DNA of 64,000 nt from Eledone cirrhosa (GCA_964016885.1 OZ024754.1:43152001-43216000), one strand, 5' to 3'. Shown: positions 15,457 through 29,949, counted from the stretch's first letter. Program-made: numbers and translations. The notes: generated from the letters alone by a model not told the origin.

Positions 15457-15510
15457 TTATGCCGTATTGGAAACATTCACCAGGTTTCCCAGCGATGCTG
15501 TCTCAGAAAA
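15457..15510 (-). CDS. Candidate terminal exon (phase 0: FSETASLGNLVNVSNTA*; phase 2: FLRQHRWETW*)
   Basis: Strong acceptor tttttcttttattttttacag| at 15511, a short GC-richer segment, then ~2.5 kb of A-rich UTR-like sequence with AATAAA near 12927; upstream exon not identified. Confidence 0.4.
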   Translation of the reverse strand, partial: FSETASLGNLVNVSNTA

Positions 15511-16009
15511 CTGTAAAAAATAAAAGAAAAAAGAAATCATTAAAGGAAAAAAAAAATCATTAAAGAAAAAATTTAATTGAAATTGAAACAAAAATAAAAT
15601 ATATTATATATAGGACTATGTTTATAGAAAGAATCTCTAAAATTGAATTATCAAGCGTAGATTAGAGTTCAGTTTCTCATATTTGCACAAAATTATATGC
15701 ATTTGTAGAAGTAAAGATGGCGTATAAAAAGTACTCTACTCTAGTTGATAGAATCATAAGACAGACTATTGGGTTTCAGTCGATAATATTACTCGCCATG
15801 GCACAAGCCTGGGCAAAGTGTATTTTTTAGAAGATTAGAAGACTGCTATGCCTGCCAGTATCTCAGCTGCATTTCACTGACGTTGTCCAAGGGAAAGATA
15901 ACGGATCGAATCAGTTTGAAACGTTTCGTCCTACCCATACGATATATATATACACGTTCCGTTTCCCAAGTACCCTTGAAATTCCCTAAAAAGGTCAAAT
16001 AACCTAATA

Positions 16010-16186
16010 AATAATTGTTTCTACTTTTGGCACAAAGCCAGTAATTATCCCAGTGCATTACTGGTACTTTATTTTATCGACCTCGTAAGGATGAGAGGCA
16101 AAGCTGACCACGGGACGGGATTTGAACTCAGAATGCGTCAAAGCATGGCGTCCGACCCTCTACCGATACTGCCAATACATCGCCCT
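16010..16186 (-). mobile_element. SINE family A, full length
   Basis: Reverse complement of head, core and tail. Confidence 0.85.
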
Positions 16187-16220
16187 TCAATAACCTAACA
16201 AATAATGGAAGGTGGGTTGA

Positions 16221-16259
<39 letters not shown>

Positions 16260-16304
16260 AAGTATATATATATCATCAACCCGTCTTCCATTATATATAT
16301 ATAC

Positions 16305-16357
<53 letters not shown>

Positions 16358-16397
16358 ATCAAGCCACCTTCCATTATATATATATATATATACTCCC

Positions 16398-16475
16398 TCG
16401 ACTATCACCAAAGCGTTAGACACGCGGTGTACAGAGAGGCTCTGTGGCATATTTAGGAAAAGCTAGGCTGCCCTT
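16398..16475 (+). pseudogene. RTE-clade reverse transcriptase fragment
   Basis: D..TKALDT..YREALWHI*EKLGCP resembles the RTE motif DLTKAFDTVNREALW.IL.KLGCP. Confidence 0.55.
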
Positions 16476-16759
16476 CCTTCAAATTATGGCACCAATGGAA
16501 ACCTGTTCAGCCTACAGTGGTTGCAGACACGTAACCAGAACACAGATAATCTGGATGTTTATATCTGATAAAACCAATGATTTGCTGACTAGAGGTAGAT
16601 GGGATATGACAGACGAATGTTATACAAAGTAGCTAACACATTAAATAGAATCTTCGCCATTTTTCTTAAGTCTTAATGGTGATCAAGACAGCTTCATTCT
16701 TTTTGATGGCTAAATAACAAGTTAACTTCCACTCATATATACGTACAAACAAATACAAT

Positions 16760-16811
<52 letters not shown>

Positions 16812-16814
16812 ATT

Positions 16815-16853
<39 letters not shown>

Positions 16854-16884
16854 ATTTGTATTTATATATATATATATATATTTG

Positions 16885-16986
<102 letters not shown>

Positions 16987-17060
16987 TATTTTACAGAAAA
17001 ATAGACAGAAAGTGGGGGAGATAGAACGAAAGGCAGATAGCTAGCTAGCTAGCTATATAA

Positions 17061-17120
<60 letters not shown>

Positions 17121-17275
17121 GTATTATTATATAAAGTAACTTACATGTGTTACATTGCTTGAATTCCTCACTTCATATCCGCAAGTTTCGTCTTTCAAAC
17201 TGAAAGAAAAAGAAAAGAATTTGCATGTCAGAGCATTTTTAAACGAACATAAAATATGTACGTACATGTCTAACA

Positions 17276-17337
<62 letters not shown>

Positions 17338-17466
17338 AGATAAATCTACCAAAATATAAGGTAATGTCCAATCCGCATGAAGAACTCAATGTAATCCAAA
17401 TATCATGAAAAGAGATGTATTCAAATTTTTTTTCGATGAAATACACAGGAAAACAGAGTCAAGATA

Positions 17467-17712
17467 AATTAATAAAAACAATGAATAAAAACAAAGAAAC
17501 AGTTCCTTATATTAAAAAATTCATGATTTTACGATCGTTTCTAGGATATATATGTGTGTTGGTATGTATATCATATAGATCTATGTAAAAATATTAAAAA
17601 CTATCAGGAAATATACATACCAACACACAGATATATCCTAGAAACGATCGTAAAATGATGAATTTTTTAATATAAGGAACTTGTTCTTTGTTTTTATTCA
17701 TTGTTTTTATTA
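17467..17712. repeat. ~100-bp inverted repeat carrying a half-hammerhead (GAAACGATCGTA)
   Basis: 17467-17571 is the near reverse complement of 17610-17712; palindromic stem III ACGATCGT followed by A. Confidence 0.75.
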
Positions 17713-17858
<146 letters not shown>

Positions 17859-17875
17859 ATGTATATATATAAAAA

Positions 17876-17917
<42 letters not shown>

Positions 17918-18000
17918 TATATATATATGTATTTTTATATATATATATGTATATACATATATGTATACAAGTGTGTGTGTGTTCGTGTGCCTGCGTTTGT

Positions 18001-18145
18001 GTTGCCGGATAACAACAGATAAAAAAGGTACTCAATACATTGGTGGGGTATAGGCATCTGTACTATATATATGTAGTAATGACTTCTACAGGTCTAGAAC
18101 TGTTTCATTCGTTTGAAATGATCAGGAATGAAACAGTTCTAGTCA
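18001..18145 (-). mobile_element. Hammerhead family A element, mutated core (CTGATCA), with a short inverted copy
   Basis: Minus strand TTC-CTGATCA-TTTCAAACGAAT-GAAACAGTTCTAGACCTGTA-GAAG; shares aaggtactcaatacat with the other copies. Confidence 0.7.
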
Positions 18146-18170
18146 TTGCTCTCTCGCTTTCTCTCTCTGC

Positions 18171-18233
<63 letters not shown>

Positions 18234-18326
18234 GAGAAGAAAGAAGAATACTGCGTGGTTGCACATGGGTTACATATGATAAAATTAGTCCTTCGTCAGT
18301 GATTTGCCAACCATCATTGGTATTTC

Positions 18327-18357
<31 letters not shown>

Positions 18358-18777
18358 CATATATGATTGATATGGAGGCTTAGCAGGTTGAAGAATGTGA
18401 CCATGTAGACAACATACCCCCACCACCAATTCATAGCCTCATATATATATATATATATAGTCCATAGGGGAGCACTGGTTTGTTAGTGAGTATTGGAGAG
18501 TGTTTCAGTTGTTTTGACTGGACACACCCCATGGGGGCAAACTCAGCATTTATTTAACATGACAGCTAACTAAAAGTGAAATAGCCTCAAAACTGCTCTT
18601 TAAGTGACAACCCTGATATTCGATCCTTGTTAATGCCGGCTGAACGGTCGGTTTAATTGGATTAAAAATAAAATAATGTATATATAAAAAAAATAAATTA
18701 TTTCTCCTCTTTGACTGGTTTCACATCGGGTTATTATGATTGCATATATATATATATATATAGTCATATATATACAG

Positions 18778-18832
<55 letters not shown>

Positions 18833-18961
18833 TATATGTGATATATACATACATACAGATATATATACACATATATATATGTGATATATACAGATATATA
18901 TACACATGTATATATGTGATATATAAATACATACAGATATATATACATATATATCTGTATG

Positions 18962-19018
<57 letters not shown>

Positions 19019-19057
19019 ATACAGATATATGTGTATATAAGTATATATATATACATT

Positions 19058-19130
<73 letters not shown>

Positions 19131-19180
19131 GTACATATATGTATATATACATATTCATATACATACACATAGATAGATAG

Positions 19181-19219
<39 letters not shown>

Positions 19220-19233
19220 TAGACAGACAGACA

Positions 19234-19264
<31 letters not shown>

Positions 19265-19284
19265 TGTGTGAGAGAGAGAGAGAT

Positions 19285-19343
<59 letters not shown>

Positions 19344-19616
19344 GCAAACTTGCGAATAACTGGCACCTATTGATTTAAAATTATTTCAAATGTTGTTACA
19401 AGAGCAGCAATTTTTTGTTGTGTCGGGCGGTCATTAAATTGATTCAGTACTTGACTGCTACTTTATTTTATCGTCTGCAGAAATAAGGGAACCAAAGTTC
19501 ATTGCCACGGGATAAAATAAAATAAATTATCATTTATCTCTACGCTGCTTTCACCCTTAACGTATTTCCGTAGAAAAAGTAAAGGAAACAAGAGTGCTCT
19601 ATTTATAGTACAGAGC

Positions 19617-19690
19617 TATTTCATCTGAAGAACGGGCTGGACGTTTCTGTAAGGATCTTCTAGTTTCGTGAAACCTTTGGTAATGGAATA
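19617..19690 (+). ncRNA. Type-I hammerhead ribozyme, intact core
   Basis: Stem I TATTTCAT/ATGGAATA; CTGAAGA 19625-31; stem II ACGGGCTGGA/TCTAGTTTCGT; GAAA 19670-73; stem III ACC-TTT-GGT; GUA site at 19682; related 3' half at ~8577-8600. Confidence 0.85.
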
Positions 19691-19717
19691 ATTATATTGT
19701 GATGTTTATTATGTAAT

Positions 19718-19766
<49 letters not shown>

Positions 19767-19794
19767 GGGGTAACAAATAATAGTTATATGCAGT

Positions 19795-19922
<128 letters not shown>

Positions 19923-20697
19923 GCACAAGCAAAAAAGAAGGCGCCTACCCATACCTAGTTTCTATCACCAAATTCCACTGACAAGGTGTCCATAGTGACC
20001 TCGGGGTTCTATTGAAGTCATTTGCACAAGGTACGAAGCAACATGACGAACTTAAACCCAGACCCTTTAGGTTTCATGTACACTCACGAAACAGGCAGTA
20101 ATGGCCGCGACTGATTTAATTTTTTTTAAAAAATACATTTCTATTTCTCTCATCTTTTTTCTTCTTTTTATCAATAAAATAGGCAATAATTTTGAATCAA
20201 ATTAAATAACACCAACCAGAAAAACATTAACAAGAGATCGAATTTCTGTGCTGTCACTTAAAGAGAATTTTCGAGGCTATTTCACTTTCGTTAGCTGTCA
20301 TTTTAAATCAGCGTTGAATTGCATTGTTTTTATCCAAGAAATTTGAGCTGAAATTAGATTTTATAACTACTTGCGTATTATTACGACAGCAGAGAAGAAA
20401 ATATTTCATCAGAGATTTAGAAAAGATTCTTAATGTATATGAAGATTTTGCTGTCTGTCTGTATATCTGGATATCTGTACGTATGTGTGTGTGTGTACGT
20501 GTGTGTTTGTGTGTGAGTGTGTAAGCTCGCGACATAATGGATAGGGTGCTTTGCGTACGATCTTAAACACACACACACATACATGTATATGTACATATAT
20601 ATTATATATATATATGAATATATATACATATATCATATATATATATATGAATATATATATATATATTATATATGTATATATGAATATATATACAGGT

Positions 20698-21180
20698 GAA
20701 GGGCGGTGAATTGGCAGTATCGGTAGAGGGTCGGACTAGCTTTCCAGCATAGTTACATCCCTTTACGATCTGAGTTCAAATCCCGCCGAGGTTAACTTTG
20801 CCTTTCATCCTAACGGGATCGATAAAATAAAATACCAGTAAGGTACTAGGTAATTGCTGGCATTATGCCAAAAGTAGAAACAATTATTAGTTAAGACTAG
20901 TATTATCTAAAGTACCAGTAATGCACTGGGTAATTGCTGGCCTTGTGCCTAACGTAGAAACAATTATTAGTTAAGACTAGTATTATCTAAGACCATTATT
21001 AGTTTTGACAGTACCGGTAGAGGGTCGGACGCCATGCTTTGACGCATTGAGTTACGGCCCTTGCCATTCTGAGTTCAAATCCCGCCGAGGTTAACTTTGC
21101 CTTGGATTGGCAGTATCGGTAGAGGGTCGGACGCCATGCTTTCCAGCATAGTTACGTCCCTTTACGATCTGAGTTCAAAT
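20698..21180 (+). mobile_element. Cluster of SINE family A copies (one full, several partial)
   Basis: Heads at ~20700, 21008 and 21104; tail repeated at 20910-20970. Confidence 0.85.
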
Positions 21181-21368
21181 TATTAGCTAAGACTAGTATT
21201 ATCTACGGCCATTATTAGCTAAGACTAGTATTATCTACGGCCATTATTAGCTAAGACTAGTATTATCTACGGCCATTATTAGTTAAGACTAGTATTATCT
21301 ACAGCCATTATTAGTTAAGACTAGTATTATCTACGGCCATTATTAGCTAAGACTAGTATTATCTAAGA
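21181..21368. repeat. 32-bp minisatellite (tattagctaagactagtattatctacggccat), ~6 copies
   Basis: Direct tandem copies; the same motif follows SINE tails at 20885 and 20965. Confidence 0.9.
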
Positions 21369-21745
21369 CTTTTATTCAACTTAGTACTCCAGACTCAAGA
21401 ACATATTATAGACTAGAATGTTATCGAATAATAATAATAATAATAATGAGGGTGATGATTTCTCTTAATAATACTATGCAGATAGAGAGGGGGAGCAGGA
21501 GGAGGCGGGGGAGGGGGTGGGTGGGGGTGAACGAAACTAGAATAAAGAACATCTTCCCCTTACCTACCCACTATCGCCCTCTGCTGGTAGACAAACGTAC
21601 GAAGTCAGCAGAGGGCCTGTTTGTGTGTGTGTGTGTATATTGGTTTCTCAGTGTGTTAGTTATGTATGTACCTCTGTATGTGTGTGTATGGGTGTATTAG
21701 TTATGTGTGTGTTTGTTTATGTCTCTCTCTCTGTAGACCACATTG

Positions 21746-21844
<99 letters not shown>

Positions 21845-21869
21845 ATGTATGTACATGCATTTGTCTATG

Positions 21870-21905
<36 letters not shown>

Positions 21906-21940
21906 CATGCATTTGTATATATGTATATGTGTAGATGGGT

Positions 21941-21977
<37 letters not shown>

Positions 21978-22379
21978 TATATGTATGTATGTATCTATGT
22001 ATATATGAATGTATATATGTATGTATGTGTGTATATGTACATGAATTTATGTATATATATTTATGTGTGTGTATGTATGCATGTTGTATGTGTATATATG
22101 TGCATGCATTTGTGTGTATATATGTGTGTGTGTGTATATGTGTGTGTGTGTATGTATGTATGTGTGTGTATATATGTGCATGCATTTGTGTATATATATA
22201 TATGTGTGTGTATGTATATATATATGTGTGTGTATGTATATATATATATGTGTGTGTGTATGTATATATATATGTGTGTGTAAGTCAAGTCAGATGCTGG
22301 CAAGGATATCTGATATCCATGCAATTAAGATTAAAATTGGCCAAGTGTCGCCAGTGATATAAAGCGGTTTTCTGTATAA

Positions 22380-23039
22380 GAAGGAGAGAGAGAGTGGGTG
22401 AGGGAGGACAGAGAGGGGGGAAAGAGAGGGGGCTGGATGAGGGAGAGAGTGGATAAGAGAGAGAAAGAGAGAGCGAGAGAGAGATGCAAGAGAGAGAGAG
22501 AGAGAGGGGGTGGATGAGGGAGAGAGTGGAGAAGAGAGAGAGAGCGAGAGAGAGATGCAAGAGAGAGAGAGAGAGGGGGTGGATGAGGGAGAGAATGGAG
22601 AAAAGAGAGAGAGCGAGAGAGTGGGTGAGGGCGAATGTGGATGAGAGAGAAAGAGAGCGAGAGATAGGGGTGGATGAGGGAGAGAGTGGAAGAGAGAGAA
22701 AGAGGGCGAGAGAGAGAGAGATGGGGTAGGTGAGGGCGAGTGTGGAAGAGAGAGAAAGAGAGGGGGTGGATGAGGGAGAGAGTGAAAGAGAGAGAAAGAG
22801 AGACGGAAGAGAGAGAGGGGTAGACGAGGGAGAGAGTAGACAAGAGAGAGAGAGTGATGGCGAGAGTGAAAGAGAGAGATGAGAGAGAGAGGAGAGAGAG
22901 AAGGGAGAGAGAGAGGAGAGAGAGAGAGGAGAGAGAGAAGGGAGAGAGAGGTAGAGAGACGTGAAGAAAGAGAGTGAAAGAGAGTAACATGGAAAGTGAG
23001 AGACACAAAGAAAGAGAGGGGCGAGCGAAACAGAAAAAA

Positions 23040-23136
<97 letters not shown>

Positions 23137-23430
23137 AGAGAAAAGGAAAGTGAGAAACATGGAAAGAAAGAGCGAGAGAGAAACAGAGGAAGAGATAGAT
23201 AGATAAAGAAAGCGAGAGAGACAGAGAAAGAGAGAGAGGGGGGGGGGAGAAAGCGAGGGAAAGAGAGAGAGAGAGAAAAGGAAAGAGAGATACATGGAAA
23301 GAAAGAGCGGGAGAGAGACAAACAGAGGAAGTGAGAGATAGATAGATAGATAGATAGAGGGAAAGAGAAAGAGAGAGAGAGAGAGAGGGAGAGAGAAAGA
23401 GAGAGAGAGAGGAAGAAAGAAAGAAAGACT
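22380..23430. repeat. Purine-rich (GA)n low-complexity tract with a recurring ggggtggatgagggagagagt subunit
   Basis: Direct reading. Confidence 0.9.
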
Positions 23431-24052
23431 AAGTATATATAACGTTAGATTACTTCTTTTGCTGGGTTGCCTGTTTGTGTTGTTATTGTTATAGTTATTT
23501 TACACGGCTTTACCTTTTTTTCCAGTTATTTTCTTAGTTTAGTGCAGTCTCTTGCTATTATTCACTGTGTAGTAATAGACTCATGCTGGCTGTGTGGTTA
23601 AGGAGTTCACTTCGCAATCACGAGCACATTTTCTCTCTTTGTCTCTCCTTCCCTTTTTTTTTTTTTAACTATTTAGTCAGAAAGGGAAGGGCAGTACTCG
23701 TGTCACTTTTCAGGTGTGTGTAGGGGTCCCTGAGATTGTTGGGTGGACATGAGGTAAAGAGGTATCCTCAAACAAGGACCCCATGTCCGAATACTTGCAA
23801 CATTGGGGAGTGGACTTCATTAAAGACACCTAAATGTCAGCTGTTGCTGTTAAACTGGATAAGGGCTTACGTGTGCCACCCAAGTAGACCTCTGCTGGGT
23901 TTAGTGACTTTCTGCTTTACCTATTGAATTAGGGTCGAAAGAGACTGTGGAGAAGTCGGTCAAAATGATTATACCTCAAATTCAAATCCCAGTTTTATCA
24001 AACACTGTACCAAGCTGTGGATTGTTATGGGTACACGTCTCTTCAACTATAA

Positions 24053-24532
24053 TGATTTCTAGTATAGGCACAAGGCCAGTAATGTGGAGGGAGAGGAAAG
24101 TCAATTAAATCGACCCCAGTATGTTACTGTTGTTGTTGTTGTTGATGTTGTTACAGCTCACACCTATGCAGGTTTAGCTGGCCTCCTCCAAGGTATATCT
24201 CGTTGGAGGTATCTTCGGTAATTTAATGATAGGGACCCCAGTCCTATCATCTCATTTCTACAGCTGAGTAAACTGGAACAATGTGAAATAAAGTGTCTTG
24301 CTCAAGGAAACAACACATCACCCGGTCTGAGAATTGAACTCACAACCTTTCGATTGCAAGCCCAATGCTCTAACCACTAAGCCATGCGCCTGGTACTTTA
24401 TTGTATCGACCTCGTAATGATGAAAGGCAAAGTTAACCTCGGCAGGATTTGAACGCAGACCATAAAGGGACGTAACTATGCTGGAAAGCATGGCATCCGA
24501 CCCTCTACCGATATTGCCAATTCACCGCCCTT
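24053..24532 (-). mobile_element. SINE family A interrupted by a nested family B SINE (~24130-24390)
   Basis: Family A tail at 24053-24128 resumes at 24389 (ctggtactttattgtatcgacc); between them a minus-strand tRNA-head SINE (aaccactaagccatgcgcc). Confidence 0.8.
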
Positions 24533-25273
24533 AAACTATAATGCTAGTAGTTAGTCATAATCCAATATGGTAGAAATATAGTTTGTGTTTCCCTCGGCAA
24601 CAACCAACAAAGTCATTTATATCAATGTTGATTTTTACTTCTAGAAAGCTAGAATGTTGCCCTCTCATGCACAGGACAAATTACATTGAATTGCTTCTTT
24701 CACTCTCTCTAGTTTAATACGGGGTGACAGTGGTTTACGAAGTTACAGATTCATATTTGTAAAACACCCAAATAGAGGATGTACCTTAGGCCTTGAAGAA
24801 TGAATGTGGCTGAAAGACTTCACAAGCTTTCCAAGACCGGTGAGGGTCGTTACTCTTGAGACACTGCTAAAACATGTTGTAAGTTTACGTCAGTTAAAAA
24901 CACACGAATAGGGGCAGAGGTTCAAAGAGGCTTAGTTCTAGGCCTGAAGGGCTTAGCATAGTGCTCAGCTCAGGGCTTGAGAGGTTGAACATAAAATAAG
25001 CGGTATGAGGGGAAGAAGCGTATATGTTACGAGTGTCTTTAAGAAAATAGTAGAAGGCCATACATGAGATGTGCTGGAAAGGGTTTGGCTCATAGAGTAG
25101 CAAGGTGAAGGATGCTGTTGAAAGTATTAAGAACACAATTCAAGCGAGGTATATATTTACATATATGTCTACACCCACCCACAGATATATATATATATAC
25201 ACATATACATATACATATACATATACACACAGCTATATACATACATTCACACACACACATACACATATATGTG

Positions 25274-25321
<48 letters not shown>

Positions 25322-25759
25322 CATATATATATATATATTATTTATATATATATACATATATATATATACATATATATAAATGTATATATATGTATATATA
25401 TACATAAATCCACACACACATATATATATATATATGTGTGTGCTTGCGTGTCTCGTTACTGTAGAGAAATCCCAACTAGTTAAAAGAGATATGCGGACAT
25501 AATTAATATAATTAGATGGGATTACTGTTGGTTTGTGTCGGAGAAAGTCAACATAAAAATAAATAAATAAACGTATAAATAAATTAAAAAAAAATGAAAG
25601 TCAAATGTTCTGCTTGGGTTTCAAATCAGAGGCGATCGTCAGACAATGCCAGATAGGGTAATTATATCCCCCAAGTGTTGGGTAATCGTTCCTGATATAT
25701 ATGTTTAATGTATATAAACATATGGTATATGTTTTCATAAGCATCTATCTATCTAGCGT

Positions 25760-26040
25760 GGAGGCACGTGGCCTAGTGGTAAGAGTGTTGGACTTACGAT
25801 CAAAATGTCGTGGGTTCGATTCCTGGATTGCGTGTTGTGTTCTTGAGCAAAACACTTAATTTCGAGTAGCTCCATTATACTCAGCTGAAAATGAGTACCA
25901 GCAATAGCTGGAGGTTTAACCCTGCGATGGACTGGCGTCCTGTCCAGGGGGGAGTCTTGTACTCTCAGTCGCTTCACGCCATGAAACCGGGATAAGCACC
26001 GGCCAAATGAGCTTTCTGGCTTAAGACAGACTTCAGACTT
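25760..26040 (+). mobile_element. tRNA-derived SINE family B, full length
   Basis: A-box TGGCCTAGTGG, B-box GGTTCGATTCC, central gtgttcttgagcaaaacactt...cagctgaaaatgagtacc, V-domain-like ccctgcgatggactggcgtcctgtccaggg, short cagactt tail repeat. Confidence 0.85.
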
Positions 26041-26054
26041 CTTTATCTATCTAA

Positions 26055-26095
<41 letters not shown>

Positions 26096-26168
26096 GTGTG
26101 GCATGCTTAAAGCGTCCGTAAGCGGTAGGCCGTTTGAGCACTCGATGCTCTTACAGGGCAGAGTATAA

Positions 26169-26219
26169 TATCACATAAGAAACGGAGAATCGTCGCACCA
26201 CTGATTCTCCGTTTCTTAT

Positions 26220-26226
<7 letters not shown>
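26169..26226. repeat. Hairpin with ~22-bp perfect arms (atatcacataagaaacggagaatc / gattctccgtttcttatgtgatat)
   Basis: Direct reading; follows a 65-bp repeat also seen at 8465-8528. Confidence 0.8.
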
Positions 26227-26256
<30 letters not shown>

Positions 26257-26407
26257 GGACTCAGAGGCGGGTGAGCAGTGTGGCAACATACTACTATGTC
26301 CCTCTCTGGGTCAAAAGCATATCACACACTTTTTCCTCTTTGTATTTCTTTGCTTGTTTCCTTAAAGTTTATCATCATTCAGTTGGTATACATCTATTAC
26401 GCAATTT

Positions 26408-26465
26408 ACACCTGATGAGATCACCGGGCTCTTACGCAACCTGGCCACTGAAATCTGCATAGTGT
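26408..26465 (+). ncRNA. Type-I hammerhead ribozyme, intact core
   Basis: Stem I ACAC/GTGT; CTGATGA 26412-18; stem II containing CCGGG/CCTGG with a loose base; GAAA 26450-53; stem III AT-CTGC-AT; AUA site at 26461. Confidence 0.65.
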
Positions 26466-26520
26466 TTATAGTAATAACAAATTAAGGAAATTCAACATAT
26501 TTGGCCTCCTGTCCTTTCAC

Positions 26521-26576
<56 letters not shown>

Positions 26577-26707
26577 CACACACACGCACATATATATGTC
26601 GACAGTCGATCGACAAGATCGCAGACCTCGTCAAATCGGACCGAGGAAACAATGTTTCCATTGGTCATTCCAATTGCTAATACTATCTACCGGTCGCAAA
26701 TCTAGGC

Positions 26708-26927
26708 CTTGAACTCCTCCTCCTTCTTACTCCAGCCTTGACCTCTTACTTCAGACTGAACCTCCTTCTTCTTACTCCAGCTTTGACCTCTTACTTCAGA
26801 CTGAACCTCCTCCTTCTTACTCCAGCCTTGACCTCTTACTTCAGACTGAACCTCCTCCTTCTTACTCCAGCCTTGACCTCTTACTTCAGACTGAACCTCC
26901 TCCTTCTTACTCCAGCCTTGACCTCTA
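26708..26927. repeat. 45-bp minisatellite, 5 copies
   Basis: ctgaacctcctccttcttactccagccttgacctcttacttcaga in tandem. Confidence 0.95.
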
Positions 26928-27421
26928 ACTAGTTGTCACTCCAGCCAGCGCTGAATTTCACTTTACATTCATTTAAATCAGTTTCAATAGGGATTTTATG
27001 TTTTGTTGATTTTATTGTTGCTCTTGTGCAAATAATGGATATAGAGAGATAAATAGTTAGATAAATAAGCAGTTTTCTAAAGATAATTCGATAAATAAAG
27101 ATGGTACCAGTTGACCACTGACATGCTTGTCAACACTAAGAAAGAAACCTATGTATGTCGGGAGATAGATTACCAGAAAAGATAAATAGGCAGTTGCCTA
27201 GATAGTGTGGTTTATTTTTTATTGTCTAAAGATAATTCGATAAATAAAGATAGTAGCAGTTCAACACTAAGAAAGAAAAACGCTATGTATGTCGGAAGAT
27301 ATATTACCAATTCTCTCTTTGAAAATTGGCAGAAAGTTCAAGGCTGGTTCATCAGGCAGCTAGATGTAGCAACCATGTTGATACATCGAATCGAAGTCAC
27401 TGACACTTTCCTCTTCAGAAA

Positions 27422-27549
<128 letters not shown>

Positions 27550-27946
27550 TGCACATACAAACATACTCTCACCCCCAGTATCTACGCTAATGCACCTGTG
27601 TATGATTGCGTTTGCCCATGTATGTTTGCCGTGTATCTAAGTATGTTTCTGTGTATGTATTTATCTATATGCGCACGTGTTTGTGTATGCGTGTGATTCA
27701 GACAATGATACACCGTGGCATTCCAGTAGAAAGTTGTCTACGCATGACAAGCGAAGATGTCCTCTTCGTACTATAGTTCATTCACCCGAAATTGATAGTC
27801 TAAATAACATTACACGTTCACCAAAACTAATATAACAACATTACACAATAATACACAAGTAAGGATAACATGACACTACCTCATTTGTTCTGAAGTCAGG
27901 TATTTAATCAGCCAAGCGTGAAAGAACAAATACAACTCCCAACACA

Positions 27947-28041
<95 letters not shown>

Positions 28042-28050
28042 TATATATAA

Positions 28051-28416
28051 GGTGAGTTTCTTGGATGGGTGCTACACGAGAATGCTGAGGATGGCTCTGA
28101 ACATTAATCAGTATACACTGAGGATGAAAAGCTCAGAGCTGTATGGGAGCCTCCCAAGGTCGACTCAAAAGTGACACAGAGGAGACTGAGGTTAGCTGTA
28201 CATGCTCACCGATATCCAGAGTTGACATTGCACTCAGTGCTCCTGTGGGAGCCCCTACATAGACACACTGGAAGAGTAAGACCAAGGTTAACGTATGTTG
28301 ATGCCCTAAGGACAGACACTGGTCTGTTGGAGACTCAGAACATGGCAGCGATAATGAGGGACAGAGACCGCTGGAGAGAACTCGTCCATGGATCTCGAGA
28401 ATTTTACCCGCCCTAG
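28051..28416 (+). mobile_element. 5'-truncated RTE-clade LINE, ORF C-terminus
   Basis: LDGCYTRMLRMALNI...ELYGSLP...RRLRLAVHAHRYPE..VLLWEP...RPRLTYVDALRTDTG...MRDRDRWRELV; inserted in (TA)n. Confidence 0.85.
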
Positions 28417-28516
28417 ATATATAAGGTTTAGGATGGTGGTTAGGACGGAACAAGAGGAGAAAAGAAGAAAGAATCCTTCGTAAGCTGTAAAGACGCATTT
28501 CGTATCATTTTGTATA

Positions 28517-28584
<68 letters not shown>

Positions 28585-28687
28585 AAATGGCTGACTGAAT
28601 GCACATGTGATTTTTCTTTTTTCTCCGTTGCTTCCTCTTCACATTCTCTATCTTTCTATTTCGTCTTCGTCTTTTATTTGTCATTCA

Positions 28688-28800
28688 ATCTTGATGAAAG
28701 ACTAGTGTCCGAAAGGTAAAAGACGCTTTTATTGCGATATCAAGCATTAAGCTAACATATTTCTTCATTATACTGTATTGTTTGCTTTGCTGAGTCCGTC
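28688..28800 (+). mobile_element. PLE-pLTR family B with a degenerate minimal hammerhead (TTGATGA..ACTAGTGTCC-GAAAGGT)
   Basis: Colinear with 44165-44300 (minus), 38894-38960 and 1128-1200. Confidence 0.6.
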
Positions 28801-28804
28801 AACG

Positions 28805-28852
<48 letters not shown>

Positions 28853-28936
28853 CAGACAGGGTGTGGTAAAAACCAGGTAGACCATAACCCACCAGAGTAC
28901 TCGATACTTGGGGTAGTAGAGTGGGTAATAGGAAAC

Positions 28937-28986
<50 letters not shown>

Positions 28987-29041
28987 AACACCACAAACAC
29001 ACAAATATATATATACATACAGAAACACCACAAACACATAT

Positions 29042-29112
<71 letters not shown>

Positions 29113-29177
29113 GAAAAGTGTAGCAAATCATAAATTGTGGCCAGAATTTAAAGATAAAAAATGCCGACAGTAAGAAA

Positions 29178-29600
29178 GTGGGGGAGGTGTAGTGGTGTAG
29201 GAAGAGGGGGAGGTGTAGTGGTGTAGGAAGAGGGGGAGGTGTAGTGGTGTAGGAAGAGGGGGAGGTGTAGTGGTGTAGGAAGAGGGGGAGGTGTAGTGGT
29301 GTAGGAAGAGGGGGAGGTGTAGTGGTGTAGGAAGAGGGGGAGGTGTAGTGGTGTAGGAAGAGGGGGAGGTGTAGTGGTGTAGGAAGAGGGGGAGGTGTAG
29401 TGGTGTAGGAAGAGGGGGAGGTGTAGTGGTGTAGGAAGAGGGGGAGGTGTAGTGGTGTAGGAAGAGGGGGAGGTGGAATGGTGTAGGAAGAGGGGGAGGT
29501 GTAGTGGTGTAGGAAGAGGGGGAGGTGTAGTGGTGTAGGAAGAGGGGGAGGTGTAGTGGTGTAGGAAGAGGGGGAGGTGGAATGGTGTAGGAAGAGGGGG
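29178..29600. repeat. 26-bp G-rich minisatellite (gtgtagtggtgtaggaagagggggag), ~16 copies
   Basis: Near-perfect tandem array. Confidence 0.95.
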
Positions 29601-29694
29601 TAGAGAGTGTGGAATGGTGTTGAGATAATAAATACAGAACGGTAGACAAGCATACTATCTCAAATGTACTGCACGTAATATATACAACTAAGGT

Positions 29695-29733
<39 letters not shown>

Positions 29734-29889
29734 CGCATTTACAGACACACATACATACATATAATAATACACATAAACACACACACACGCAAACACATTT
29801 ATATATATATATATATATATATTATACGCACTTACAGACACACATACGTACATATAATAATACACATAAACACACACACACACAAACAC

Positions 29890-29949
<60 letters not shown>

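Noticed and set aside
25600-25650. Minus-strand CTGACGA...GAAAC
   Set aside because: No stem III, NUH or stem I closure
25760-25830. tRNA gene
   Set aside because: A and B boxes belong to a SINE head; no complete cloverleaf, and it continues into the SINE body
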